NCBI GenBank assembly: GCA_028534125.1 | Contig: CM052817.1 | Coordinates: 84,756,001 to 84,820,000 of the forward strand | Origin: Lama glama | Taxonomy: Eukaryota | Length of the DNA: 64,000 bases | Direction: 5' to 3' | Shown: positions 50,777-64,000 of the stretch, piece after piece | Numbering within the stretch: position 1 is the stretch's first letter | How the letters are laid out: every line of letters begins with the position of its first letter | Translations under genes and position numbers: made by a program | The notes under the pieces: generated by a model | The model's input: only the letters and a program-made list of their open reading frames with translations | The model's database searches: none | Told to the model about the DNA's origin: nothing

Positions 50777-53700
50777 GTAAGAAGAGCTGTTTGTTTTATG
50801 AAAGAGTATTTTATATAATATTAAGTGTAGGAGTTTATTATTTTGTAGACAGACTCACATTTCAGGGCAAGACCAGTATGCACCTTAGTGTATTCTGGTA
50901 GAAACATCCTGTAGGGATCTCCAAACAGCAATTCCCTCAAGTCATAGCACTGAAAAGTATCTTATTCTCAGCAGAGAGGCATTATTTCCAAAACATGCTC
51001 TGAGCTATAAGATTCAACTGTAAATCTTAATTCTCCTAGTGCCCAGGCACTGAGGGGGTTTGTTGATATTGAATAGAAGCACTAAATAGAAAGTTATACA
51101 TTAAATTTTTTAAAACTGTTACACTTGAAATTTTTTTTTTGCATAGTTTAAGACATACATCTATTCGTGGATTCAGGTACTGAAACATATGTATAATAAA
51201 CCATACATTCCTGTATTCCAAAGTAATAATCCTAAAAACATTATTTGGACCAGAAGAATAGAAAGAAAATCAATAAGCAAATTAATTAATGAACTGGTTG
51301 AATTCATGACAATTTGTAATTCCTTGTGCAGATACAATCTGGCATGGATATATCAGTCACAGCAAACTTTATAACTGTCAACCTCATCACAAATATCACA
51401 CATACACATGGTGTATTTCACATTTCTGGAATTGTCTGGTTTTGTACTTCTTAATCTAATCTAAAAAGCAATTTAAATTGATTAGAATATGTAAAAAGTG
51501 AAGCATTTGCAAGCGCTAGGGACTTTTTAATCCACGTGGCCAGTGTTAGGTAAAAGTAAAGCAGGATGCTTTAAAAACAAAGAAATTTCAATCAGGGCAA
51601 ATATATTCCTTCTAATATTAAACTTGAAATTTTTCTTAGTTGTAATATGCTATTTCTGATAACTTGGATTATCACACTTGAGGAGGAAACATCCTTAACA
51701 CACTAGGTGTGCCTTAGTTGAAGGCTCCACCCTTTCTTTTCTGCTCGGTAGACTGTGAAATACTAAATCATCAGGTCACATGCTGTGGACTGACTCCTAA
51801 TATTTCTTATATTGTGACTCTTGTCTAAAGCTGGTGACCTCCTTTGCATCTGAATGTATGTGATCAACTTATATATACTGATGCTAGAAATGATTTTTAT
51901 AAGCACAGTTGAGAGACTGTTCCATCTAAAATGCTGAAAACTCTGGTTTAATATATGAAAAGGAAGCAGCCAAAGAAAGTTTTTTTTTTTCATGTTCTAC
52001 GCTTCACGCTGAAGCCTTTCATAAAAAAGGTGAGATAACAGACAGCAGATGGATTTATCTTTTTACTTAGCTGCAAAACTACAAGTCAGTTTCACATAAA
52101 CAGATCTTTCAGCCAAAGATAGCTTGACAGTAATTCTCTAAGATTCATCAGATCAAGGAACATGATTATGTCTGATGACATGAAATAATGTAGAAGTGGA
52201 AGACATCACATGATTTCAATATATTAGGCTAGATAATCCATTAAATATAATCTTTGTAATGAAGATGCTTTTCGTGTACCGTTTACTCTTTAGAATGGTA
52301 CCTAATTCTCATACCTTTCAGAAAAATCTGAAAGCGTTACTAAAATAGTTTCCAGGTTGCAAACAATATTAAATATTTTTTTTTTTTTTAGTTTTTAGGA
52401 ACATCAGAAATCAGTGTGAGGTTTTAAAAAATATTTTATCTTATTTATTAGACTAACACTTGTACATTAAAACTGTACATAGAATTTAGGCAATTAAGTT
52501 TCTTTTAAGAGAAAAAACAAGACGTGATATGCATAAAACACTTAATCAATTGTAGTTTAAAGCTTCTTTTACCTCTCTGTAATATTTGGAGGCAGACTCA
52601 AACCAACTCCAGAACAGTGATGGAGAGAGATTCTGTGCATTACAGCAGGGCTCTCAGGCTGCACTTAATTCTGGTATAATGACATCTGGCCAACGTTCTA
52701 AGATGAAATTTTCAATAAATGCTGGCAACTAACACAATTCATTATGGTTTCTTCTGATAAAGGATGTGGGCAAAAATTGCTTTGGCTCTAAAAAAGCTTT
52801 CACTTCATTATGAGACTGGATCAATCACCATCAGCAGAAGATACTCATTGGGCTGCTTCTTTTGCAGCTGTTATGCACTTTGTTATCAGGGCCTGCTGAA
52901 GGCACTAAGAAATTGTTTCTATTAGGCAGGCATTATTGCTAGACTCCTCTAAACTAAATTTGTTTTAAATGTATTTCTTCAGTAAAAAGATGGAACAATC
53001 AATCTGAACTGAGGCCAGTGTGAGATCACCTGCTTATCCCTACAAAAGCAGTGCCACTTAGATGGCATTTTATTTGTATTTCTGCAGAAAAATAAATACA
53101 AATACATATTTCTCACTAAACTGAGAAAGGGAAGTCAAGTTACTCAGTGATCACTATGCATTTGACACAAGTGAAGTGATTAAATTTCATGTCCAGCACA
53201 TCTCTCCTCTTTTTAACGTCTTTTCTCGTAAGGAAAATTTCAATGCTGGTCTAGGCAGAGGTTGCAGAAAAACTAAAGCTTGAAACCAAAGCAACCTGGC
53301 TCATCATTTCATGTCTTTTCCATTCATTTTGTATCTGCATTTTTGGGATCACACAAGGAAATAATCAGATAAAACTTGAAATAAAGGTTTTCAGACATTG
53401 GAATGGGTTTTAATGATCACCTCACCAAAGACAATCTGATGTATAAGCGTTATTTTGCATTTCACATTCAGGGTAGACACAGCATATCGTAGCAGATTCC
53501 TTTGGACAAGCTGTATTTAAATTTTTACTGCTTTCCTCTCTCCTGAGTTCTCTAGAAAAAAAAAGTTGCAGTCTTATATTACTCAGAGTGTCAGTTAATC
53601 CCTTCAGTCAGATTTCCTTTATTGTCAAAGAAAAATTCAAAAGGTCATCTACCATTTCATAAGTAGTTTATTCTGAATGTGCCAAAAGGCAAGTACATAA

Positions 53701-54339
53701 ATTAGAATATATGAGTATGTGCAAGGGTTCTCACATGTTAAAGATCTGTGAATTATTGCAAGTGGAAGAGATATTTGAGAATAAGAATGCTGCAGTGATT
53801 GAGAGTGACAGATAAAAAATTCCCAAACAGAACTTCTGAACCACCCCAGTATTCAACATGGGATTTTGCTTTGCTTTGCCACCTCTCCACCAGCAAAATA
53901 AGAGAGGCAATTTACCATCCCTTGTCCAGTTGCTTAGTATTTCATAACTGCTAAGGCACTGAAGCATTATTGGATAGGCGTATATTATTCAACCTTCTGT
54001 AATGCTTTGATTTATAGTAAATAATTGGATAGAAAATATAGTTGGAAAACTTTTTTAAAGTAGATAATTTTCAGCTCTCTCATAATACCATGTTAGTGCT
54101 ACGTAGGAGTCTTGTCAGAAAATGTATTTTGATAAATTGGTAGCATTTATGGGTTTCTCTGTAGGCCCAAAATGAAATAGAATTTTACATGTTTGGTATA
54201 AATGAATACCAGTTTCACTGTTTCTATCAGTTCTTGATAAAAATTAATCGACATACTGAGTGAAACACTTCTGAAAGTTTGCTGAATGGTTAAAGACGAA
54301 AACAGAGTAGGACAGAGAGTTTACATATTTATACTGGTT

Positions 54340-54710
54340 TAGGTAACGTCAAAAATACAAGTGAACATCACATAGCAGATGAATCCTGAAGTGTTTTTTA
54401 ATGGCTCAGAAATACAGAGGTCGTTCCAGTCTGTTGAAGTGTTTTGCTCCACACAGTCATTCACATTTAGGCTAATCGAGTCTCTGCCATCTTCAGCTGA
54501 AGCTTTGAGGTTGCATGAACATCCAGCAGGTGGCAGGGAAAAGATTATGGATGGCTGTAATGGGCCAGGCCTGGAAGTGTGACATTTACTTTCACACATA
54601 TTTGTTGGCTAGCACTCAGTCACAGTGTCACAGCTAATTAACTGAGGCTGAGAACAGTAGTCTAGATTTGTCCAGGAAAGAAGAGGTGAACGTCTGGTCT
54701 AGGCAACAGT
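54340..54710 (-). mobile_element. Old MLT1 (MaLR) LTR
   Basis: taatgggccaggcctggaagtgtgaca...ttttgttggctagcactcagtcac. Confidence 0.65.
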
Positions 54711-56058
54711 ATTTGTAGGACCATGGGAAGAAAAGCAGAACTTGATTCATCTGGATGCTAGAGATACTGCTGTAGGTTATGAGATGGGAATTTTAAGGAT
54801 GAAACTTCTGAGATTGGGACAAGAAGGTAGAATTAAATCTGAATTAAAAAATGATTAAACAGAGCTTGAATTTAATGATTGGTCATCTCCTGTTCTCCTC
54901 ATTCTCCTTTCTTCTTTTCTCCTCCATTTTCTGTTTTTTGGAGAATTGTAAATTGTATCACAAGCTGTAAATACTTTCTAGTTTGATTCAGCCAATGTTT
55001 AGTTATTTTCAGTAATAGTATCTAAATTTTATAAATATTTATTTATACTTATATATTAATATGTGGGCCTTTGTTAAAACTGAAATATTATACAGAATCT
55101 TAGTTTGCAAATTATGCAAAATTGGACCTATTTTGGTTGAAGTAGGGACCCAGAGGCTCTTCCACTCAGCTTGCTCTTAATCCTCACTCCCCTCCCATGA
55201 CAGACCTTAAAGCATCTCTAAGAGACAGAGTTGAATCAGTTGTTCTACATTAATATCACCAAGAGTCACATGGTAACAGCCAATTTGTATGTGCTTAATC
55301 CTAAATTCATCTGCCACTATATCCCCAAGTTTTCCAACCTATTTGGGTCATTCTACTGTGTGATGTTTAAATTAAAAATGATTAAATCCCTTATCTATCT
55401 CAACTTCATATATGATGTACTAATCAGTATTTCTGAAGAATCTCAGAATCCGTTTCTTCGAATCATTTCTTATTCCAGTTTGTTAAGTCTGATGAATTCT
55501 CCATTGTTCTTTTCCATTTATAATCTTTTCCGTTTTCTTCTGTTTGTTCTGAGTTGATCCAAATGGGTAATAGAGCGCCTATGCCATGATTTTCATCCTG
55601 AAATTCAGATAATTGCATGAATAGGCTTTTACAGAAGATGAGGGATCATTTGGAGGAAGGCTGTGTTTCATCAGAGCACAGTTCAGAAACAATTTATTTT
55701 GATCATTAACCATCTCTATCCTTATATTCTTAAATGTGGCTAAACCAGTCCCAGGAACTTCCCACTAGCTGTTTTTCTTCCTCATATCCCAGCTTCCAGC
55801 CTTTCACCCCTATTCCTCATGTCTCCTCTGCTTTTCCAGGTTCTTAGTGCTACTGTCACCCTCTCTTTGTAGGGCAGCTAGTGGAAACTCAAATCCCGCC
55901 CTGTCCTTTTTTTTCCATTTTGCAGTATTCTTTGTCTCATTTATAGTCAATTCTAGTCATGCCAAGGAAACTGTCTATTCATATATAAAATAGCCTTTTA
56001 AGGCTATTACTTGCTAAACAATACATTTCTTTACCTAAGAATTTTTCCACTAGCTTTT

Positions 56059-56154
56059 CATTTATTTGTTTATGTATTTTTTATTGAGGTATAGTCAGTT
56101 TACCATGTTGTGTCAATTTCTGCTGTACAGCACAATTCCTCAGTCGTACATGAA
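56059..56154 (-). mobile_element. Extremely 5'-truncated L1 (3' tip only) with TSD
   Basis: Matches the L1 3' ends at ~17765 and ~33340. TSD tccactagctttt (56046-56058) / tccaccagctttt (56155-56167). Empty site reads TTTT/AA. Confidence 0.88.
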
Positions 56155-58666
56155 TCCACCAGCTTTTAAAGAAACACTCCCTACCCTTCTCCCCCACCCC
56201 AACCTGAGGCTTATACAAAAAGAGGCTTTTAGACGTTAAGATTTTCTTTTGCAATTCATGATTAAAGAAAGAAATATTGAAATGCATACATAGTAGGACC
56301 TATACACAGAGACAAAGAAATTAGATAAGAGATATTAAGACAATAAAGTCGATGTCTGGATCTCAGTAGAGACAGTAAATATACACAGGTATCATCCTCT
56401 ACGTTGTAATGCCGCCTTTCTCTACTTTCATTACTTTCTCTACTATCTCTTGGGTTTCAGACTTTCTTTGCGTTATTGTACCCATTGAATGAATAGTGCA
56501 TTTTTAAAATAGAGGGGTGGGTTGCTCTTCAAATATGTTAAGCAGGAATCTTGACCAGGATGCTTAAAAAGAAAAACTCTTGTTGATATATAACACTTAT
56601 GATTTTTATGATCTCACTACGCTCACATTTCTTGCTCTGTTATGGCTCTCTGGGCTCTCCATCTGATTTCCATAATGTATGTTCATAGTGCACATGTTTA
56701 TTACAACAGATTGCTAAGTTAACTTATCATGGCTTTTCTGCATTTATATTTTCTCCCGATTTAAAATTTTAAGAGACACCAAGGCAACTTTGACAGTTAC
56801 CTAATAAAGCTGAAATTCTGTTACAATTGGAGTATCCTGAGACCCTAACTGCCTTTGTCTCTATAAACGCATGCTGTATGCTAGTGTTGCATTGATCAGA
56901 ATGAGTGTGCCTGCAGTGAGCCCTGGGCATGCTCTGGGCTGTGAAACTTAAGGGGAGTAAGGGACGGTGTAATCACTGTGAGAGCAGCTTAGATACAATC
57001 GATCGATGCTCATGACACTAACAATGAACCTCTCTCTAGAGGGGCATATTGCAGTTGTGAAGTCAAGCAAGTATAAGTGTGATGGGGTGGAACTTCAATT
57101 TTTCTCCAAGTAGAGAAACTACTCTGGAGGTCACAGCTGATGAATGATCAACTGCTCCATTCTTTGGGGTGTCTGCAAAGATGGGCTAGTATTTACAAAA
57201 ACCTATTGATAATTCCATGAAAGGTCTTTCTTAATTCTAAATATATACCTTTGCTCTGGGCTATTAGAGAAAGGAATCTAATTTAAAAGAAATTTGGCTT
57301 TCTGTAATCAATGTTGGGAGCAATTACACTAAAGCTCTCTCTGGAAAGTGAAATGCTGATGGTCCAATGAGTTTGGGGTAGAAGGAACTTTTAGAAGTTA
57401 ACATAGTGGCTTCTCCTGTCGTGTTTGAGTTCTAGTGGCCACTTCAGCCTCCTAGTGGAACATCTCAGTGATGAGAAGCTTGCCTTCTTGCAAGGTCCAG
57501 TTTTATTTCCTTGGAAATTATACTGGGCTGAAATTTGTCTTTTTATTACTTACAGTTTTAGTCTTAGTTTTGACATTTGGAGCTACTGCTCAGTTCATTC
57601 TAATCTTTCTTTTGAAATCTTTAAAATATTTGAATGTAGCTCTTATATTCCTATTATGCCTCTACATTTCCAGTCTTTGTTAATTCTAATAGTTCTCAAA
57701 CGACATAGTTTGTAGAAGCTTCATTATTTTTGATAGTCTCTGGATAACTCTAGCATGTCAGTATCTCTTGAAATGTGGAGCCCAGGACAAAATGTAGTGT
57801 TCTGCATGTGGAGGGAAAAATTCACAGTGCAATGGAAGTATCCCTTCTTTTTTTGATACTGATATTTATCTCCAACTCAAGTTAATATAAGCTATTTTAG
57901 AAGCCACATCTCATTGTTACCTTCTGATGAACGTTTTAAAACAAGAACTTCTCTTGTATTAGGTCTCTCTCACTCTGAAATTGTACAGTTGACTTTTTGA
58001 GCCATTATTCTGTCTTTATTCCCATCAAGTTGCATATTGTTAGTTACAATCTACTCTTCTAACTCAACAAGAATTTTAAAATTTATTGTCAGTTATTGTC
58101 AGTAAATGGATCCATTCCTTAAGTTGGAGTCACCCATACTCTTGATAAAAATGCCTATATATTTTGTAAAAAATAAAAAATTCACTGATCAAAGTTGGAA
58201 CAGGGCAGAGTGAAGTATATGTCTCAGTTGATATGAATATATTTACTGTTTGGATATAGCTCAGGCAGCTATCAGTCCCTTGAATTCTGCTGTCATCCAG
58301 CCTCCAATTCTTCTAGAGCATCATAGGCAAATTGGTCATTTTTTTCCTGAAACTAGTATCTACTCTGTGTAGGTTATTCTTCTTTACTAATGTAGAAATT
58401 TTAAGGCACAGGAAATGAAATTGGCATGATTTGTTCTCAGTGGAGAACACTGTAGCTGCTAGTAATTAGTTTTATCTCAAAACTGCCCATGAAACAGCAA
58501 CTTGAAAGTTTATTCTCAAAAATTTTTGGAGATGGACAAAAGGAAACAGAGAGAGGATTGCAGGGACAAGGGCACTTAGCAGAAAGACCCACAAGAAGTT
58601 GGATCTACATAAAGGACTCCATTCTAATTCTTACTGGTAGGGGAAGATTAACATACATATACTTTG

Positions 58667-59030
58667 AGTCTTAGCTTGAGCTACTCTGGCAAATTACCAT
58701 AGACTGCATGGCTTAAATGATAAATACTGATTTCTCACAATTCTAGAGGCTGGGAAGTCCGAGATCCAGTGTCTGGTGAGGTTCTGCTTTCTGATTTGCA
58801 GATTGTGTCTTCTTTTTGTATTGTCACATGGTTACGAGCAGAGAGAGAAAGAGAGAGGAAAGAGAGGGAGAGAGAGAGACTCTCCTGTCTCTTCTTATAA
58901 GGACACTAATTCCATTCCTTCCACTCTTATAGCCTAATTACCTCTTAAAGGCCCCTTCTAATACATTCACATTGGGGAGTAAGATTTCATCGTATGAATT
59001 TTGGGAGACACAAACATTCAGTCCATAACA
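58667..59030 (-). mobile_element. MLT1A-like MaLR solo LTR with internal (GA)n
   Basis: aattaccatagactg...tttctcacaattctagaggctgggaagtccgagatc...gacacaaacattcagtccataaca. Confidence 0.88.
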
Positions 59031-59589
59031 TCTTGTCTCAGTAAGATTGGCTTTGGAAGGAAGCCGGACCCTGATGGAGTCATTGCTGAGTTCTCCCATG
59101 AGGAACAGGAGTATAATGAAAAGCCAGAGCAGGAAACCAGGAGATGGAGGCAGAGACTGATAGAGTATATCATGTTATAATTTCCAAAATCCACTTTCTC
59201 TCACTTTTGAAAATTAGGGAGAATTTTGACTATTTTCAGTTTTTCTGCATCTTGTTTCGTTGTCTAGGTATTTCCCAGTAGCCATTCTCCAGCTGTATGT
59301 GAATCTTCTTTTACTGCCTTTGCAAATGTTTCATTTGTGCTTGAGACTTAAAGCTATTTAAAAGCAGTTTGGCTTTCTCTTACCCTTTTCTTATCTACTT
59401 GAGACTCCTTTCCCTGGTAACCAAGTCTGTTATATCATTTCCAATTTCAGGGTCTCTCTTTTTATTTAAAAAGTGGAAGTAAAATAGAAATTGAAAAGCT
59501 TTGTTTCTCTCTGCTTCTGGTTATCATTATATCATATATCTTATTCTCAGAGACTATACCTTCCCTTTTTCCAAGCACTTAAATAAAGC

Positions 59590-59830
59590 AACTGTTCACT
59601 GTGTGCTAATTCTATAGCATATATGGAGCTAAGTGTTTTATTTACATTATTTTTATTCAATCTTCAAAAACGCAATGAAGAAGTATTTTTATTTTTATTT
59701 TACAAACACAGAAACCATAAATAACAGAAATTGGTAGATTTGCCAAGGCCACAGTTAAAGAAATAGCAAAGCCAGACTTAGAATCAGGTCTGTATGTCTT
59801 AAAATCTTATCCTCATAAGCAATGTATACT
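59590..59830 (-). mobile_element. MIR
   Basis: ctaagtgttttatttacatt...ttttacaaacacagaaac...tttgccaaggccacag. Confidence 0.6.
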
Positions 59831-61024
59831 GTGATGTCATTTTATAATTTTTAGCATTTTAAAGCCTCACTGTAGGGCTTTTGCCATCTTAATTATATTC
59901 TTAATCTTTTCCCCCCAGGCTTGTGATAATGTGTTTTGTCTGCTTTGGCTATAAGACTTTCCTTCCATTTTTTAATGCATGCCTTTTAAAAATCCAAGTT
60001 CATTACATTGATCTATTCATAGGTAGATTGGTTTCTTATGACAATATTCTGTGGTCCTTTATTTAGACTATACTTTCAGGATGATTTTTAAAATCAGCTC
60101 ATTCCACTTGAGGCACATATCTAAACTTTAGAAACTGATATCCTTTATAAATGACTTTGGGAAGTCATCAAAGCAAACCTGTACTCAGTGGAGCCAGTCC
60201 CCAGTGGTTCACCCTAGTACTTTCATTAACAAGATGCTTCATGGGAGTGGAGGCCATTCTAAAGGCATCAGGTAAGCAAAGCAGGGCCTGTGACCAACCC
60301 CTCTAAAGACTGAAGACTGCATTTACTGTAACCACATACAGAGTAGCACACAGCTACACACACCTGTCACTCAGACTCACCTATTTAAATGTATTGGTTA
60401 AACTAGCATCTGCCGGGGTGATGCTAGTGTGGTGATAATTATCTGGCTAATTCTGATTCCTGATAGTATAAGTTAGGAGAGGATAGTGTAGAAAGGTTGA
60501 CAGATTTTATTTTATACAGTAGAATTTTAGGATTAGTCCTTACCAGGTTATTGCTCAAACCTCATTTTCAGACTTTTCTAAACATGTTACCTAGGCAGAA
60601 TTTAGTTTTGGGGGGAATCTAGTCATTAAAAATATTTTGTGAATTAAAAAACATGGATAAACTTGCCACTTTTTAGAAGACAGCATGACTCTCAAAATAA
60701 TAATTTTTGTTTAAAGTTTTCTGATTGGAAAAGAACAAAATTTTGCAAATGTAATCAACAGATACACTTACTTGCTAACCTAATTTTTTAGCTTACATCT
60801 AAAGGTAAAGTTTTTGACCTCTCTCCCTTTTAAATGGATTCAATGGTTAGTAATTAGACATCAGTGTATAACTTTCCAATTTTTCTACAATTGTCCTGAC
60901 AGTAATTCTTTGGGAAGCCCATATACCCAGAGGTAACATTTTTCAAGCACTGAAACACGTGTAGCACTTTAATTTCTTAATATGTATGTGTTCACTGTGT
61001 GTATAAAATGTGACTTAAGATAGG

Positions 61025-61150
61025 AGAAATAGGACTGAAGTGAAGCTCCTAGTTAGGATGGGCACTTGACCATCTGACTCTGAGCTGTGAAACAGGAATA
61101 GTGATACTATTTACTTCATATGGCTTGGTGAGGAATAGATGAGATCTCCT
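61025..61150 (+). mobile_element. MIR fragment
   Basis: ctgtgaaacaggaatagtgatactatttacttcata...gtgaggaatagatgagat. Confidence 0.5.
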
Positions 61151-64000
61151 TTCAGATAAAACTATAAAGACATTCCTTATATAAAATTTGGCCTCAGATT
61201 CTGAGCACACCTGGTTGCCACTTTAGTCCCATGAGAGTTGTGCTGTGTCTTTCTCACAGCCCACATCCAGTGTCTACAAATCCCTTGCTCTGATGTATTT
61301 TGGTAGAGAGCATCATCTTCCCAGTCAGGTATAGAAAGACATCCACAAAGGAGCTCCTCATTGAGAGTGTCTCTTGTGTTAATCAGCACATCGTGTTCAT
61401 TAACACGGCTCAGGATAATCAGACCACAGAGCCAAGAGCATACTGGAAGAGGTCCAGAATACTCTAAAGCCACATAGATGGAGGCAGATTGGGATATATC
61501 TGGAAACCACAGTCTGCCTACTAAATACTACCTGCTTTCCCTGCAATCACTGATTAGGAGAGAAAATAGACACTGCCCCCCACCCCTGCTCAAAGAACTC
61601 TCAGATGAAGTCAGAAAGAACCATCTCCCTTTGCTTTATGTAGATCATAGGAACATTCTCAAAAAATCAATGCTGCATGCAATTTATTTTCTCTTACCCT
61701 CTGTTCTTCTGAAAGACACCACTTGGCAGGAGGTTTTGCCACTTTCAGAAGGTTCAGGGCCTAAGTGGGTAGCAGGCTGCCTCAGTGGAGATTTATCATG
61801 TAGAATAATTCATTGAGCCATATGTTCCAATGAATATATACAGAATGTTGTAAATACATCCAGTGAATTTCTTATTTGCTACCAGAGGGAATCCATCTTT
61901 CACATTTTCCAGCAGAGCACTTGACTGCAGATGTTAGAAAATATTTTGCTTTAAGTTTTGTTCTGACTGTTCCCTCTGGTATGATTTACCTGGTTTTTAT
62001 TTTCTGCTAAAGTCTAAGCTTTATGTGAATATTTCATTTAGAAATGCCATAAGCACCCTTGGGTATTCTTGGGCTGATAACTTCCACCAGAATAATCTCT
62101 CCTGACATTTGCCTATCGTAACAGAGTGGCAATGCCTCATACGCCACCTGTTTAGGCACTTGTTTCCACGGGATGCAGGAAAGCATGTGATTTTAACCCT
62201 GAATTCAGGCGACATAACAAGATGTTCTTCGAATTGTTAGAGGTCTTTGATGCAGATTTAGTCATGCTCAGACAGTCCAGTCCATGTGGCTCTTCTGTTT
62301 CCACCTTCTAAGCCAAGCCCATGGTTGTTCCCTCAGAATGACATTAACATCAGTTATTTTACCTGGATCTCAACTCAGTGTCAGCTGAGATCAAACTTAG
62401 CAGCTGTATTTTGATTAGTGACCAGGAGGAGAGGGAGTTAATGTTGGAGCATAGATACTTTTAAATGAGTTTGCCCTAAGTAGGGTTGGGCATTTTGGAG
62501 GCAAACATAATAAAACATAGTCTGGAACTGGGAAGAAATAGAATTAAGAAGGAAGTAGGAAGGACCAAGGATAATTGTTTCTGCCTCTGTTTTGTAAGAG
62601 ATCCTAAAGACAGTTTGTGAGCCACTGAAGATTGCTTCTGCTCTTTTCATATGTGTTCATAGTTAGTTGCCAAAGCATAAACTTGGATGTCAACACTATT
62701 TTGAACCCTTGAAAACTGAGATCCATTCTTATTATTTGATTGTTTCCTTAGTACAAGGTATTCTAATCTCCTCCTCTTCTTCAACTTGCTTCATCGATCA
62801 AATGCTACTCCATTTTCCATTCAGGATAGATAGAAGAAGATAAATGGAGAAAAATAAAGGAGAATGAAAAAGAGGAGGGTAAATTATTAATGAATACCAT
62901 GGGTAAAATAAGCCAGTTATCTTTTTAAATTTCATTTTTACTATGGAACCTCAGAGATCTCTTAAAACCTTTCAGCCTTCTTCAAATGATAGGAGCTGCA
63001 CGTGCTTTGGAGGAGACTGGATTCATATTGCAAATGAAGAGAAGGGAGACAGTGGAGATGGAGTGTAAATTGGTTGTGGTTGGAAAGATAGCAACTTCAT
63101 GTAAAACATAATTTAGGTATTTGATTATTCATAACCCATTCCTACCTGTAAACATGTAATGAAAACTAAACAACAGAATTAGGAACTAAATAGCTCTCAA
63201 GTAGGTATCAGTTATAATTTTCTAATATAGTTAATAAAACATACCTTTAAAATTTTCACTCTCTATCCTTCCTTCAATTGTCTAATAAAGGAGTGTTCCC
63301 TCCCATTCATTTGTCCCCTGTATTAATAATCTAGGCAAAAAAATGCTTGCCATTGGTCTACCACAATTGTGTGAAAGAAGCTAGTGACAGCAGAAACAGC
63401 TGCTACCAAAAAAGACAGTTTGTTGGCAGCCTGACAGCTGTTGACTTTGAGAGTTTAAGTACCAAGGCCCTGAATGCCCTGCAGTAATCCTATAGAAATA
63501 CTGGAAACTCTTCAAGTTTAAGACACCAAGGATATGACTGTCATGCCTGCCTGTGCCTTCTTTTATCAAATGTAGCTTTATCTTATCAAGTTAATGTCAT
63601 TTCTGAGGCAGAAAACAGGAACAAAAAAGAATGTGCCTTTCAGAAAACCAAATTCAAAATGGCACCTGTCTCTCTGGTACCACGATTGTCTATAGAGTTA
63701 AGCTGCAATTAATGATACAAGATCAGGAGCTTGGAATTCATTTTTAAAATCCTGCTGCTACTATCATTTACACCAGTTATAAATGCGCTTTCATCTCCAT
63801 CTTAAAAATGCCCAGTGCTCGGAATAGTATAAATAAAATAAATGCTATAAAACTTATTTTAGCTTAGAATTTCACTAATATTCAGTATAGAAATATTATT
63901 AAATAAAAATTTATAATTTGTCAAATTATAGGGAAAATAAGAGATGAGACTCTGCTTTACAGTTTGAGACCTAAAATTAAGAAATTTATAGGTCTGTCTA

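Larger units (their letters stand above)
57370..60120 (-). mobile_element. Long, highly degraded L3/CR1 relic interrupted by LTR, MLT1A and MIR
   Basis: aacatctcagtgatgagaagctt and ctcttgaaatgtggagcccaggac resemble reverse L3. The distal extent is uncertain. Confidence 0.45.

Noticed and set aside
53070..53105. AT-rich inverted repeat tatttgtattt...aaatacaaata
   Set aside because: Low complexity; expected by chance.
55820..59920. Additional plus-strand acceptor-like sites (~55839, ~59918)
   Set aside because: No matching strong donors identified; pyrimidine-rich repeat-derived context.
1..64000. tRNA, rRNA, snRNA or miRNA genes; a named host gene
   Set aside because: None recognised by eye. 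An Rfam/tRNAscan search and BLAST would be needed, so no symbol is assigned.

Overview
Eutherian mammal genomic DNA, AT-rich and CpG-depleted. It is probably camelid: the young L1 3' UTRs resemble camel/alpaca L1, and I saw no Alu, B1, Bov-tA, PRE1 or CAN SINEs (inference from memory, not a search). I recognise no host protein-coding exon. The only ORFs with recognisable protein similarity are L1 ORF2 C-terminal fragments; the rest of the ORF track looks like noise. Much of the window is layered transposon debris (L1, L2, L3/CR1, MIR, MaLR/ERVL/ERV1 solo LTRs, hAT MERs), between repeat-poor blocks that may be conserved non-coding elements. A single compact CpG island (~48530-48790; GC boxes, perfect YY1 motif) looks like the promoter/first exon of a + strand spliced transcript with a well-formed second exon at 50661-50776; I cannot name the gene. 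The most unusual structure is a ~440 bp composite insertion at 28625-29062 inside an LTR33-like element. It is a direct copy of 26848-27008 fused to an inverted copy of ~27445-27716, and the inverted pair is much more similar (about 96%) than the direct pair (about 89%). Repeat family names come from recalled consensus sequences, and boundaries are approximate unless TSDs are cited. I found no evidence for a new multi-gene system.
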